Part shown: positions 48,201 to 62,069 of the stretch, piece by piece
Numbering within the stretch: the stretch's first letter is position 1
Layout of the letters: each line of letters opens with the position of its first letter
Assembly (NCBI RefSeq): GCF_030028105.1
Contig: NC_092371.1
Coordinates: 165,037,358-165,101,357 of the forward strand
Source: Mobula birostris
Taxonomy: Eukaryota
DNA length: 64,000 nucleotides
Direction: 5' to 3'
Notes under the pieces: generated by a model
What the model was told of the DNA's origin: nothing
What the model saw: only the letters and a program-made list of their open reading frames with translations
Databases searched by the model: none
Translations under genes and position numbers: made by a program

Positions 48201-50359
48201 CCTTTTCGGATATCCATCCAGCTTCCTTTTGTAGGTTACTCTTGAGATCTACTTCCGTAACCACTATATTCCAGGTCACAGTTTTGTAATTCCATTTTAC
48301 CATTGATCATTTTGCCGCTTGTCTTAAGTTGTGTTCTCTGTTTATGGAAACTGGTATCACTGAAACCTTTTCTCTAACGCAATGAAAACCTGTAGTTACG
48401 CACATCTCTCATTACATATCCCTCCAGTTTCTCAGAAGTGTGAACAATCTTAGCTGCCCTTTTGAACATGTAACTGAAATTCTTTGGTAATAAACAAATT
48501 TAATCTGACCGTCTAATGTTATGTTACCTGAAACCTTATGAATCTTGTTTCCCTAATCTTGCTACTAAAGATCTCGTGAGTAGATATTTTCTGTTTTGCA
48601 TTCTATCTGTTTAATATTGTGTAGTTTATAACTTTGATTTCTTTCTTTTGATGACCAATTAGGATTAGTAATTGGACATCAATTCACACCTCACTACGTG
48701 TTTTAAGTGGAAATCTCAAATGCCTTGTTTACTTTTTTTAAAAAATATAAAGTAAAAAATGTTGGGATGTCAGAGGTAAATATTTTACTCACTGGTCAGT
48801 GCAGGGTAAGCCCTGTTGGGTGTGGTAGAAGCAGATACATTAGAGGCATTTAAGAAACTCTTCTGCACATGGATGATAGAAAAATAGGGGGTGATGCAGG
48901 AGGGAAGGGTATTGATCTTGGAGATTTAAAAGGTTGGCACAACATTGTGGGCCGAAGGGCCTGTATTGTACTATGTTCTAATACTAGACAAGATTATGAA
49001 GATCCTCAATGAGAAAAATATAAATGACTGACTGTGAGAAGGATGTGAAATTTGCCTCGAGCAATGGGGGAAACTCATGTCAGTGTGTTTGCAAGTATCT
49101 TTCCATTGTATTCAAGGTGTTGCTTGTGTGAACTATTACATTTTGGGGGACCTGATGTAATAACTTTGTTTCCTCATTTAAGGTTTACCTTTCCCTAAGC
49201 AAGTTCGTAAACTTTTACTTTCTGTTGGTGGAGTAGGTGACCGTATGCTGCAACTGCTTTGTTAATGTGAATTCTACAATTTTAATTTTTATGCTCTGGC
49301 ATTTATTGCCTGTTCATAATTGCCCTTGAACCAAGTAACTTTCTGGACTGTCTTGGTAGGCTTATACGAATCAAACACGTTACTGTGTCTCAAGTCAAAA
49401 AAAAGTTTCATTGAGGGTCATTAGTCAGATAGATTTTATGATAGTGTGATAATTTCAGGATCATCACAGATACTAAATGAAATTTTTTAAATTTCATTAA
49501 TAAATAAGATCCAAGAAACTATTAAATCAGAACAGGAAATACTTACAATAGGGACAGAAATAGGTTATTTAAAACCTTAAGCTTGTTCCAACATTTTTGG
49601 CTGATCTTCGACCTAACTCCATTTATTCCCTTTGGCACCATCAGTTAACAAATGTTAATCTCCAAATTTCAATCAACAATTAATTTAACATCAATCGCTG
49701 TTTGCAGAAAGGCATTTCAATTCCTTTAATCTAACCTTACCTTCCAGTGCATTACTATGTTGAACTGCTGAAAATAGTGAATGAATTTTTAGCATGGTTT
49801 ATTTCACTAGTTCACTAGTTTGGTACTGAACCTTGCAGTGGAGTAATGTAGTGAGAGGTCAGTATTGAATTCGTCTTGGAGATAACCAGACTTAATATGG
49901 CCTTAGAGTTTGAGTTGCATCGGTCAGTGTTGTTGGTTTGGGTTGTGGTATAAATATCCCTGCTAGAAAATACAAGTGTGTGGAAGTAATTGCACTCACT
50001 CCTCAGTATTTAAGGTAGTGTTACCATTGGCTTGCTTCCAGAGAGGACAGTCTTTACAAGGAGAATGAATTCTCTGGTTTCTAGGAATTGTTATAAGCTT
50101 TGAACTTCCAAATTTCCCATTCTTGACTCTATAACTCAAATGTGTATGATATGGTGACTCTTGTATTGAGGTTTGTTCTCATTAGTTAATGCATGTGTTT
50201 TCTTTAGATCCAGATTATTGAACTTTGTCAAAACACAGATGAGCAGAACACTACTTGGAACTAAAGTTCTCGGACATCTACAGACATCGGCCCTCTGATC
50301 TGCTGAAATTTCGGTTTATGTAAATGAGCTAAGGCTGGTTAGTTTTACTTGACGCTTTC

Positions 50360-50716
50360 ATGAAGAGGGTGGATAAGCTTGATGGACATAGACAAATGAG
50401 ACCAAAAACATTCCCTGCCAGCAACTTTTCTGGGAGTAGCCGGCAGATGTTGCAGGAAATCCGGGAAAGTCTCAAACATTTGCCTAAACCATCGGGAGAT
50501 GCTGGAAGCACTGATCAAAGTATGATGAAATTGAGCACAGAAGATTCAAGACAACAAGGACGGAATGCTCTCAAATTTGTGACTCACCAAAAAGCCTTAC
50601 AGGAGATTCGAAATTCTTTGCTGCCATTTTCAAATGAGTACAGCTCATCAGGTCGTGGATCTGCTGACGTAAACAAGCAGATGTTACAGGACCTGGTATC
50701 TGCAGGTTTTGATGAG
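50360..50716 (+). CDS. LATS1: LATS1 first coding exon (exon starts ~50208); Hippo-pathway kinase N-terminus, start of UBA domain
   Basis: MKRVDKLDGHRQMRPKTFPASN.. has the LATS1-type N-terminal extension; ..MLQDLVSAGFDE|gtgaga; acceptor tctttag| before 50208; 357 nt. Confidence 0.95.
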
Positions 50717-51515
50717 GTGAGAGGCACTTAAATGGAATATGTGGTTCAACCTTTGCAAACTATATTCTAATTATAGATAATAAATTTTTTGTAGGCCAAA
50801 TTGAGGGAAAATAACAGCATGGTAATGTATGCATTATTAATATGCAATGCCTCCATTAAATTGAGATTAGGTTGTATGCCATCAGTTGCAAATCTTGTTA
50901 ATTTTCTATGTTTTCACCAGTTGCTTTTAAGATATCATCTTGACCTAGTGACGCTGTTGTAAAGGATTGGCTGGATTTGCAATTAATTTCTCTGGACAGT
51001 TTTAAACAGTTCAGTACACTTTCTGTATTTAGTGTAGACATTTGAAATGTCTACATTTTGCTAATGTAGTGTAGACATTTTGTTTTACTTTTCTCATTAC
51101 TAACTTTATCACTAAATCCAGTCTTCCATTTTCTTTACTTGATTTGACTTTATTTAATTTCTTCTGTCAAAGATGCAGGCTCTTACTCATCACTAAGTTC
51201 CTGATGCCCCTTTGCCTTTCATTAAGTAGTATTTTGCAGTAAGTTAAGCTGCAGAGAAATTCAAAAATTTTTAAAGGATTTCATTGAAGTAAAATGCGAT
51301 TTAATATTAATGATCGGCAAACGTAGAGCACAAGATGTTGGTAATCTGAAGAAGCATTAGCATTGGGTGAACAACATTAACCTGCAATGATATTCCTGCA
51401 AGTAACTGGAAACAGTTTAGTGCCACGTATGTTTGTTCATATTGGCATCAAATTTAAAGAAAGTTTGTTTCAGAATCCCTTTCCTATCAATTGGGCATAT
51501 GTTAGTGGTCTAGAA

Positions 51516-51594
51516 CTGGGGCTTCCAACCTAGAGTCCGCAGACCCCTCCGTTAATGCTAGGGTCCATGGCATAAAAAAGGTTGGAAACCCCTG
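51516..51594. mobile_element. 79-bp hAT-Charlie-type MITE
   Basis: Ends ctggggcttccaacct / aggttggaaacccctg; TSD gtctagaa / gtctagag (NTCTAGAN preference). Confidence 0.8.
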
Positions 51595-51839
51595 GTCTAG
51601 AGGAATTTGAGGGAACATCAAACAAAGTAAATAGAGAACACAGTGCTGTCATATGAAATAACATTTGCCCTTCTTGTCAAAGTTAAAATACTTTGTTTCT
51701 GATTTAACCTTCATGAATATTGGGTCCAGTTTTGAGCCTACACTTTGGAAAGAATTTGGAGAATATACAGAGAGACTTGTTAAAATAATTTCAGGTATGA
51801 AGACCTTTACCTACGTGTATAGTGCATAATGTGTATACT

Positions 51840-52135
51840 ACATAATGTACTGGGTGGGGACAGGAGTACATTCAGCCAGAGACTCATTCCACCGAGATGC
51901 AACACAGAGCGTCATAGGAAGTCATTCCTGCCTGTGGCCATCAAACTTTACATCTCCTCCTTTGGAGGGTCAGACACCCTGAGCCAGTAGGCTGGTCCTG
52001 GACTTATTTCATAATTTACTGGCATAATTTACATATTACTATTTAACTATTTATGGTTTTATTACTATTTATTATTTATGGTGCAACTGTAACAAAAACC
52101 AATTCCCCCCGGGATCAATAAAGTATAACTATGTA
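51840..52135 (+). mobile_element. Young Rex/Babar 3' end nested in a decayed CR1 fragment (~51720-52380)
   Basis: Near-identical to 35830-36120. Confidence 0.78.
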
Positions 52136-52889
52136 TAGACTGGAGAAGCTGTGGCTGTTCTTAGAGCTGAGTAGGTTTCAAAGAGACAAGTGAAGATGCT
52201 TAAAATCATAAAGGGTGTAGACAGATGTTGTTTTTGCTGAAAGAAGATCAAAAACCAGAGGACATAAGTGACTGGCATAAGAACCATATGACAGGTGGAC
52301 AGAACTATTTGACTCCATAGATGCTCAGGGAGATGGAATTGTAGTATTAAAGAGGGAGCTGATAATTATCTGAGTGAGAAGTGGCAGTGCTGGGGGGAGA
52401 GAGCAAAGGGCAATTATTTCATTCTCCTTTACACATGAGTACTGGAAATGATATTAAACAATTCTGAAGGAGTGCAACCACTGGACAATCAGATGGTACT
52501 GACTCAATTGGCCATATGACTTCTTTCCATGCTATTGACTTGCAGTGATGTGTCTTGTTTCCATTGGTGATTTAAGGAGTGGTTTAGTGAAATCTGAATC
52601 TTGGGAAAGTAAAATACATGTAGACTTTGCATCTCTCTCTTGCTTTTATTAGGATGTGCAATAATACTTCCGCAAATTAATTTGTTCTGCATCCAGAAAT
52701 CTGTGAAAGGCTGTTGTCTCCTATTGGTGAAATAGTTATTTACACCAGGGAGTATCATTGGGTGCCTGTTTGGAAACACTCCGTAAACATAACAAAAACT
52801 TGTTAGAATTCAAAGTGCTAGCAAGCATTCCAAAGAGGTTTTATTGAGGATTATGTTGATAAATTAATAACTTAGACAATTAGATAATT

Positions 52890-54570
52890 AGGCCATTCAG
52901 CCCATCATGTCTGCTTTGCTGTTTGATCATGGCTGACCCATTTCCCTCTCAACCCTGTTCTCCTGCCTTTTCCTCTTAACTTTACACTCCCTGGCATATT
53001 AAGAATCTTATCAACCACTGCCTTAAATACACCCAATGACCTGGCCTCCACAGCTGCTTGTGGCAACAAATTCCACAGATTCACCACTCTCTGGCTAAAA
53101 AATTCCTCCTATCCTTCATTCTAAATGGACATCCCTCTATTCTGAGGTTGTGCCCTCTGGTCCTAGACTCCTCCACTATAGGAAACCTCCTCACCACATG
53201 AATCCTATCAACATTAGACAGGTTTCAGTGAGATTCCCCTTCCCCTCCATTCTTCTAACTTCCAGCTAGTACAGGCCCAGAGCCATCAAATGCTCCTCAT
53301 ATGATGAGCTTTTCATTCCCGATACCATTTTTGTGAACTTCCTTTGAACCCTCTCCAATGCCTGCACATCCTTTATTAGATAAGGGGCGCAAAACTGCTC
53401 ACAGTACTCCAAGTGAGTCCTCACCTTGTAAAGCCTCAGCATTACGTCCTTGTTTTTATATTCTGGAACTCTCAAAATGAATGCTAACTGTGCATTTCCC
53501 TTCCTCACCATTAACCCAACCTGCAAGTTAAGCATGGAGAAATCCTGCAGGAGGACTCCCAAGTCCCTTTGCAGCTTAGATTTTTAAGTTTTCTCCCCAT
53601 TTAGAAAATAGTTTGTGCTTTTGTTCTTTCTACCGAAGTGCATGACCGTACAATTCCCGACACTATTCCACATGCCCATTCTCCTAATCTCTCTAAGTCC
53701 TGCTGCAACCTCCCTGCTTCCTCAACATATCTGCCCCTCCACCTATCTTCATATCATCTGCAAAATGAACCACAAAGCCATCAATTCCATCATCATACAA
53801 CGTAAAAAGAAACAGTTCCTATACTGACCCCTGTGAAAGACTAGTTACTGGCAGACAATCAGAAACAGCCCCCTTTATTCCCATTCTCTGCCTCTATCCA
53901 TGGTACTATCTTTCCTGTACAGTAATGCCATAGGCTCTTATCTTACTAAGCAGCCTTCTGTATGGCAAATTGTCAACCACCTCCTGAAAATCCACTGATT
54001 CTTCTTTTGTCTATTCTGCTTGTTATTTCCTCGAAGAATTCCAACCGATTTATAAGGCAATATTTTCCCTTTAGTAAACCATGCTGACTTTGACCTATTT
54101 TACCATGTGCCCTCACCTCTCTTTTTCTTTTTTATATATCTGAAAAAGCTTTTGGTATCCTATTTGATATTATAAGCTAGCTTACCTTCATATTTCATCT
54201 TTCACTCTTCATTGATTTCATTTTGTTGTCTTTGGTTTTTATAAGTTTCCCAATCCTCTAACTTCCCACTAATATTTCCTCTATTTTGTGCCCTCTCTTT
54301 TGATTTTATGTTGGCTTTGACTTCCCTTGTCAGTCATCCTCTCTTTAGGATACTTCTTCTTTGGGATGTATCTATCCTGCACCTTCTAAATTGCCCCCAA
54401 AAACTCCAGCCATTGCTGTTCTGCTGTCATCCCTACTAGTGTCCCTTTCCAATCAACTTTGGCCAGCTCCTCTCTCATGCCTCTGTAGTTCTCTTTACTC
54501 CACTGTAATACTGATACATTTGACTTGAGCTTTACCCTCTGAAATTACATGGTGAATCCTATCATGTGTT
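52890..54570 (-). mobile_element. CR1 LINE remnant
   Basis: VNLWNLLPQAAVEARSLGVFK; HLEYCEQFCAPY..LERVQRKFTKM..SYEEHLMALGLY. Confidence 0.85.
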
Positions 54571-55669
54571 GTGCTTGACCATAAGTGGTGTACAGTTATT
54601 TTCCTGTGGCACTATGAAAGCATTGTTCAATAATGTCTGGAGTACAACAGTGTACAATCTGTTTGTTCCAGTGGAACATCCTGAATGCATGTTTAACCAG
54701 GATCTACAATTATCGGTTAGTCTTTGTTGTATTTGGCAGCTTGTTCAATTGGTATGCATAAAATTGGGTAGATTATTTTATCCATTTTAATCTTGGTAAG
54801 GATTTAGGTTCAATTATGATTTCATTATTGCAACTTCTGGCATAAAGCAATCTCATTGAACCATTTATGTATTTAGTGCTTAACTATGTTTTCAAACATT
54901 GGGGATGGGGTGTGGCTAAATGGAAAACGATGTGACTGTGAGCATTCAGGTCTGGCTGACCTGCAAAGTGAAGCAGGAACAAACACCTGGAGCAGCTCAT
55001 TGGTCAGGTTGTATCTGTGAAGGCAGAGGGATGGGCGACATCTCCAGTATCTGTACTCTGTTATGTCCCCTTTGACTTGGCTGGGCAGGAAATACATCGC
55101 TGTTCTTCTCCATGGCATCAAGGTCCTTGATACCTTAACGCAAGGACTGTGGAGATTCAGGATATCTATTTCCCATCACCATTTTCTAATGGGATGAGTA
55201 CTGAATGTTGACCTTCCCAGCATTGCTCATTTCCTGTAATTAAGCCAGTTTGAGAGAACTGACTGATGTCCACCCTTGTCTTGATCCTTTACTGAAAAAA
55301 ATTAATGTAACTGTAAGACTTAGGCGAATGATAGGTACTGTAGGTCAAGATATAAATAATTGTGGGTTACAAGAAAGTGTTTTGCAAGATTATTTAGCTT
55401 CTGCTACTTTGCAAATGAAATTGCCATAAAGCAGAGTTTATTCTGTAATGTTCGATTCTGTGATGTTACAAGGAGTGGGAGGAGATAACTTATTTCATCT
55501 ATTTAATGGAATAAAACATTTGACTTCTCAGCAGTAGTGACCAAGCTCCCCTTATGTAAAATGTGGAAAATGTACCTAGTTATGTTGTTAGATTGTGGTA
55601 TCTTGTACACAAAGATGAATACTATTAATACGAGATTTGGATATCTATCTTGGGCATGAATTTTATATT

Positions 55670-55955
55670 GGGAGGCAAGGTGGAGATCCATCTCTACCCC
55701 AAAGGTGCACCTGCTTACCTCCTCCCCTCCCCCCATGATCAGGATCACATGAAGCCATGAGAGTAGGTCGTATGAGCAGCTGGTAAATATCACAAGTCCT
55801 GGTTATGCGACCTCTGATGCCAGGCAGACAATCTCTGAAGAGGATTAATAATGGCTGGGGTCATCGTTGTGTAAATACACTACCCGGAAGAAGGCATTGG
55901 CAAACCACTTCTGTACCATGAATGCCTATGTCATATGACACGGCACATGATGATT
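55670..55955 (+). mobile_element. RTE-related bipartite SINE-like element
   Basis: gaagaaggcattggcaaaccactt resembles the RTE/Bov-A 5' motif GAAGGCAATGGCAAACCAC; 3' cacggcacatgatgat resembles the RTE tail at ~63060-63080. Confidence 0.55.
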
Positions 55956-56388
55956 GTACATTATCTTGTCATAGAAGTTAGTCTAATAGGGAGCATAATT
56001 AAAATTGTTTCTTTAATACACCGGATTTGTTGTGTTACTGACCAGTGGAAGCACCTTGAAATTCAAGTCGCTTGGAATCTGTTTAGGTAGATAACCAGTA
56101 TTGCTAGATCTAAGAGGATAACTATCCTGTGCTCATAAGTTTGTTAATTCATGTTTATTATTGAATTGAGATGCAAACAGTTGATTCCTATCTGAGCTCC
56201 CTATGTGTTGATTCTGCTGGAGAGTTAATAGTGCAATTTAAGAAATATGCTTAATGATCTTTGAGCTAGACAACAATGTTAATTCAAAAATTGTACAGCT
56301 AATCCAATATCTTTTGAGTAACTGAAGACCATTTAGCTCTTCAGAACCTTTTATACATTCAGTTGGAGCATGGTAAGCTTGTATCTTA

Positions 56389-57249
56389 GGCTACGTCCGC
56401 ACTGAAACGGTGTTTTCCTCCCCTGAAAACGGAGCTTTTCTAAAACGCCCTCCAGTGTGTGTAAATTTGAAAACGCCAATTGTGCAGAGCAGTGTGGATG
56501 GGCAAATCAGAGACGTGCCGGAACAGATGGTGGTGAGAGCGCCGCATTTCATTGTTTTCTTGAATGCAACTCCCCACACAACCTAACAATTTCAGAACAG
56601 ACGGCAACGAAACTGAAGCCAGAAGAGTTATAAATGTGCTCACCAAACACTTTGACCCATAACTTACTGAATAAATAAGTATACTCACTTTGCCCTGTTT
56701 TCTGTCCTTGCTTGTATGAAGGTGGTTTACCTATTTATGCAAGTACTTCTCTGACAATAGATGTGTAACAGCCTAATGTAACATTGTATGGAAATACAAG
56801 ATAACATTGATGCAGACATGTTTTATATATTTAACAAGGTGCTTTATTAATGCAACAGAGTTGGTCAGTTTTTCAGTGTTCGTCATCAGCCAGGTCATAC
56901 TGTCCGTGAACTCCCTGTCGGTTGCCTCCATACGCTCCAGTATTTGGTTTTCTTCTAGTTTCAAGTCCTCCTGCGTGAGAGCCAACAGCTGTCCCTCGTT
57001 TGGCAATTTCCTTTTAAGTTTTTCTAGTCTGTAACTGCACAAATGCGCACTTTCACAGCGAGATTCGACACCAAACATGTTGCTTGTTTTCTGTAGATGT
57101 GTCCTGCACATGTCCAGTAGGAGGAGATTCGTCCAAATACCCGCTTTAATGTGGACGGAGGTATTTTCAAAAACGCTTGGTGTGGACGCCTATTGTTTTT
57201 ACGCGAAACCGGCGTTTTCAAAATTATGCGGTCTAGTGTGGACGTAGCC
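56389..57249. mobile_element. Non-autonomous PIF/Harbinger DNA transposon
   Basis: TIRs ggctacgtccgcact / agtgtggacgtagcc; 3-bp TSD TTA on both sides (56386-56388, 57250-57252). Confidence 0.88.
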
Positions 57250-57800
57250 TTAATTTCACTTACTTGGATTACAGTGAAAATTTAGCTTGATGTCAGCATA
57301 CATGCAGATAAGAATTGCATATTTCTGTAGAACTCACAAAGCATTTCTATGGAAATGAATGTTTCCTAATTTCACTCCCAAATGGCTTCACTCTCACCAT
57401 TCAGAATCACACCCCAAATATGCTCTTCATTTTTATCTTTTATCCGTTTTCCATCCACAACATATTTTCATCTTTGTAAAAAATTTTAAATTTCTTTTTC
57501 CCACTGTGTTCCTTTATTTGTTGAACAAATCTAAGGTATGTAATGCTACAAAAGGATAGGAAAGGCAAACTCCATTTGTATATTAATGAAAAATGAAATT
57601 ATGCAATGTGTGAAAGCCTGAATTATGTTAATCATTTTTGTGATCTCATATTTCTTTTATTTTATCCATACAACCAACTATTAAATGTTTTAAATATTAA
57701 AATAGTTGATATGAAATATTTTAATTTTATTATTTTTTGTAAGTGTGATGCTGCTTAAGATGAAGTGTGTTCTGTAATATCTGCATTTCGTTATTTGTAG

Positions 57801-57951
57801 GACATGGTGGTAAAAGCTCTCAAGAAGACCAACAGTCGCAGTATCGAGGCTGCTATTGAACACATCAGCAAGATGAGTTACCAGGATACTAAGCGAGAGC
57901 AGATGGTTGCTGCAGCTGCAAGACCAGTGAATGCAAGCATGAAGGCATCAG
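57801..57951 (+). CDS. LATS1: LATS1 coding exon 2 (UBA domain)
   Basis: tttgtag|GACATG..GCATCAG|gtatgc; DMVVKALKKTNSRSIEAAIEHISKMSYQD..AAAARPVNASMK; 151 nt, phase 0 to 1. Confidence 0.95.
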
Positions 57952-58729
57952 GTATGCGTCGCTGAAGTATTGGGTGACCCCTAAGTGCTAAGACATTGTT
58001 CATGTCTCTCTCGTGTTCACATGTGCTTGGTTGTTAGTTTTTGTTGCAGCAACTTAATCCATTTGTATGTGTCCAGTTTCTACGTCATTTTAAGCAGTTG
58101 CTCTGATGAGGACTTGTTAAAATTTGACTTTTGTTTGTTGGAATATTTAATGTATTGCCTGAAATTTTTTTTTAGTAACATTTTAGCCTTTAATCTAGCA
58201 GACTCCTGTAGGAATGTTGCCTTTGTTTGGCTAAGTACATTTGTATATATCATTGTGGCTTTGACTGTTTTGTCAGCTGATCAGTGTACATTTGGCATCA
58301 GTGCTACAAAATGCTGACGTGGTAGCTATTTGCATATTGTAGTCATTTAACATACTTGGGATGCTACTGTGCTTGAATCCTGCCCTTAAATGTGTCTGTG
58401 TGTAGCTTGCACATGTGTGTGTTGTAGTCTCCCTCACGTCCCAAACACTTGCAGTTTGCTAAACAATTGCCCCCTAATGTGTAGATGAATAGTGGAATCT
58501 GGATGGTAGTTGATGAGAATGTGGGCAGAACAACCATTTGGGATTTATGTAACTGGGCGGTTGATGGTTGCCATGGACTAGTGGCCAAAGGCCTGTTTCT
58601 GTATGACATCAAAGGCAAACGAATATAGATTCTTTCTTATCCTACACTTGGGGTCCATTAATTAGAAATATTGTTCATTGAGTTCCTTTCAAAGAATGAG
58701 AAAGGAATACAGTGATCTATGTTAATATA

Positions 58730-59590
58730 CAGGTATGAGTCGCTTAACGTCCACGATACGTTCTGTGAAATCAGACGTTTATGTGATTCGGACGTTGTGC
58801 GAACACCATATTATATACTTAGCAAACCTATATGGAATACTGTAGTGTACCTGCAATGACTAAATAGCCAAGAACTTGCACTAAAACTGTATACTGTACA
58901 CTATAATACATACATTATAATTTTTTATTTCATTTTAAACTTTTTAATTTTTCTCATTTTTTAAACTTTTATGTAAACACTTCCTTAGCCTATATTACAC
59001 ACAATTTATTGATATAGTAGTCTGGTCCTGCCTTTTCTTTAAGCATTTCGAACAAGCTCCGTGCCTTAGCAGTGATCGTCAACGTGCTGAGAGGGATTCT
59101 CTTTGTGTTTGGTCCTTAATCCATGTTATTAGCAATTTCTCCATATCCGATGTAGGTCCCTCTCGCATTTTCGTGAGCCTTGTAGTTTTCAGTGAAGCCG
59201 ATCTTTTAACAGCTTCCAGAAACTTTTCTTTGTTTTCAGGGTTATTGTGATTGTTGAGTGCAACATGCCTAAATCTGGAGCAATAGCATTCCCTGGTTTT
59301 CCACCCTCATTTTGTTTAATAACCTTTTGTTTTACTTCCAAATCAATACTTTTCCTTTGCCTCTTGCTGCTGCTATCACTAGGAGTGGTTTTACTGCGTT
59401 TGGAAGCCATGATGCACTTTATGGTAATATTTTTGAAAGAAAGTTAAACAGAGAGATAATGCTACTACACTCAAAGAGACGTGCAATACGCGAGATTGGT
59501 TATGTCCGCTACATCACGTTCTCCGATCGGGACTACGGACGTATATGCAATCGGACATTGTCCAGAGGGACGTTAAGCGGCGCACACCTG
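58730..59590 (-). mobile_element. Tigger/pogo internal-deletion element
   Basis: TIRs caggtatgagtcgcttaacgtcc / ggacgttaagcggcgcacacctg with TA on both sides; ORF 59189-59410 MASKR..KRQRKSIDLEVKQKVIK is a CENP-B/psq-type HTH. Confidence 0.88.
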
Positions 59591-60211
59591 TACCTGTTAG
59601 GTACCTATGTGAAGATGTTGGCTGAGCTCACATGAGATATTCATGGTAAATGGGTCTTTTCAAAGTAGACACATGCTCACAATACAAGCTTTGCCCATAT
59701 CCATTTCCAGTTTTGGAGTAAATACACTTTTTTTTCTGGTTTTTGTGAGGGATATATATCAGCTTCTTCCTCTCCTGGTGCTAATGGCAATATTCCATGA
59801 AATGGACCTCCTTTTTCCCACAACTCAACTTCAGACACATGTTCATCACCATCTTATCCCTGTGTTAATTTGATTGTGACTCGGGAAATATTCCAGAGTT
59901 TATGACAATGAGTCCTTCATTTTGGCACCTGAAACTCCTCAATCAGATCTTCTTTAATACCACAGCAATGGAGTCCTGCACTTCTTCCTTCCTGTATTCT
60001 ATTCTGATTTGAGGTTCTATACCCTCTTGACAATTGGAAGTAAACACTGGGAGCAATTATCCAACATAAAATAGTGCTATTTATCCTGGTTGTTGAATCC
60101 CAATATTTTCTGTCTTCTCAGTTACATTGAGTAATAATAATTGCTGTATTCAAATTACGGGGTTACTTTGCATTTCCATTATGTTATATTTTCTGTCATC
60201 TTCTTAAACAG

Positions 60212-61788
60212 GATCCAACACAGTAAATCGGAGACCAAGTTGGAAGGGTTCTAAAGAATCATTGGTTGCACAACGACATGGCCCATCATTGATGGAAGGC
60301 ATGGGATATCGTGCAGAAAGCCCTATTTCCCAGTTAGAAATAGGTCGGCCATTGTCTTCAAGTTCTGGAATGACTGCATACACACAGAGTCATCCTGGGA
60401 ATGGACAGGGGTCTTTGGGAGCAGTGAACTCTCAGAGAGCAAATGCACCCCCCCAACTTCCAGTGAGAAGTGTAACCCCACCGCCACCTCCCCCGAGAGG
60501 GCAGACCCCTCCCCCACGTGGCACCACTCCTCCCCCAGCCTCATGGGAGGGGAGCCAGCAACCAAAGCGCTTCTCTGGAAACATGGAGTACATGATCACG
60601 CGGATATCTCCTGTGCCACAAGGGACCTGGCAGGACGGGTTCCCACCGTCCAACCTTGGTGCTGCATCTATGATGAACCCACCACCCCAAGGCCAGCGTG
60701 GTATAAGTCCCATTCCACTTGGCAGACAACCTATAATTATGCAAAACACTACCAGTACTAAATACAACTACCCAGCAGGCAGAACAGCGCATCAGAATGG
60801 ATCAGCACAGGCAGATGGATCCATGGGTGGACACTTTGTGCCTCATCAAAATGTCATGGGTGGGAATCCTGTGAGCCGTCAACCACCTCCGTACCCTCAC
60901 CCTCAGGCTAGTCGGCAAAGCCCCAGTGCCTTACAAATGCAAGCAGGAGGAGCCGCTGCTTCCACCTACAGCAGCAACCTGAATGGGAATGTTTCGCAGT
61001 CTGTCATGGTGCCGAACAGAAACAGCCAGAACCTGGATCTTTATAACATCAGTGTGAGTGGGATTGCATCGTCTTGGCCACAGCCTCCTCCAACACAACC
61101 CCAGGCGGTGGCATGCACTCCAGAAGTGCCTAACTGGCACCCTCCCCAAAATTTGAATGCACCCGTAAGATCCAATTCATTCAATAATCACCTTCTATCC
61201 AGCCGGCAGCCTCATTCCAACTCGCAACCATCTGCTACCACTGTTACTGCCATCACACCTGCTCCCATTCTACAGCCTGTGAAAAGTATCCGCGTACAGA
61301 AACCCGAACTGCAGACTGCACTTGCCCCCACTCACCCTCCCTGGATGCAGCAGGCTCCTCCTGTTCCCGAGGCACCTACGTTGATCGAGGCTCCAAGTTA
61401 CCAGCCTCCACCTCCGCCGTATCCCAAGCACTTACTACAACAGAACCAGTCTGTACCACCTTATGATTCCATAGCTAAAGCCAGCAAAGATGAGCAGTCA
61501 GCTAAACCATCTTCATTATTTTCTCAAAGCACAGAAGAGGATGAGTCTGAGAAAGTCGTTGAGTCTGGGGAACGCCTTGATGTTTTGGAGAAGGAGAAGA
61601 AACAGATTACAACGTCACCTGTCCCAGTGAGGAAAAACAAAAAGGATGAGGAGCGCAGAGAGTCACGAATTCAGATTTACTCCTCGCAGGCATTTAAATT
61701 CTTCATGGAGCAGCATGTGGAGAATGTGCTCAAATCTCATCAGCAAAGGCTACATCGCAAAAAGCAACTAGAGAATGAAATGTCAAGG
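60212..61788 (+). CDS. LATS1: LATS1 large coding exon 3 (Pro-rich region, two PPxY motifs, start of MOB-binding region); kinase exons lie beyond window
   Basis: taaacag|GATCC..TCAAGG|gtaagt; SWKGSKESL, PPPY at ~60883 and ~61411, RSNSFNN, QAFKFFMEQHVENVLKSHQQRLHRKKQLENEM; 1577 nt, phase 1 to 0. Confidence 0.96.
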
Positions 61789-62069
61789 GTAAGTGATGCT
61801 CATTTTCCTCTTAAGTACTTCATCAGCATAAAACTTCCTTCACTTGCATGCCACCGATTCGCTAGAAGCCATCAAGGTGGATAATCAAGTAGCTCTGTTT
61901 ATTCCTTTTTTTTGGTCTGGTTTCTATAAGGCAGTATTGTAAACATTGGCCAGTAAAAGCCAAACAGTCCCAGGACCGAAGAACTAGTGAGATACCAGAT
62001 GTATGTAAAAATTAAAATTAGGAATTCTGAGTTTCCCCTATTATGTGGGCCAATATGTCAGCCTATACT

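Noticed and set aside
59189-59410. Domesticated TIGD/CENP-B-like gene
   Set aside because: Frameshifted, lacks the DDE domain and is still bounded by TIRs and TA; a non-autonomous Tigger
60323-61149. Antisense and alternative ORFs over the LATS1 large exon
   Set aside because: Shadows of a Pro/Gln-rich coding exon with no independent signals
50360-61788. Assignment as LATS2
   Set aside because: The N-terminal extension before MRPKTFPA, two PPxY motifs and adjacency to NUP43 all indicate LATS1
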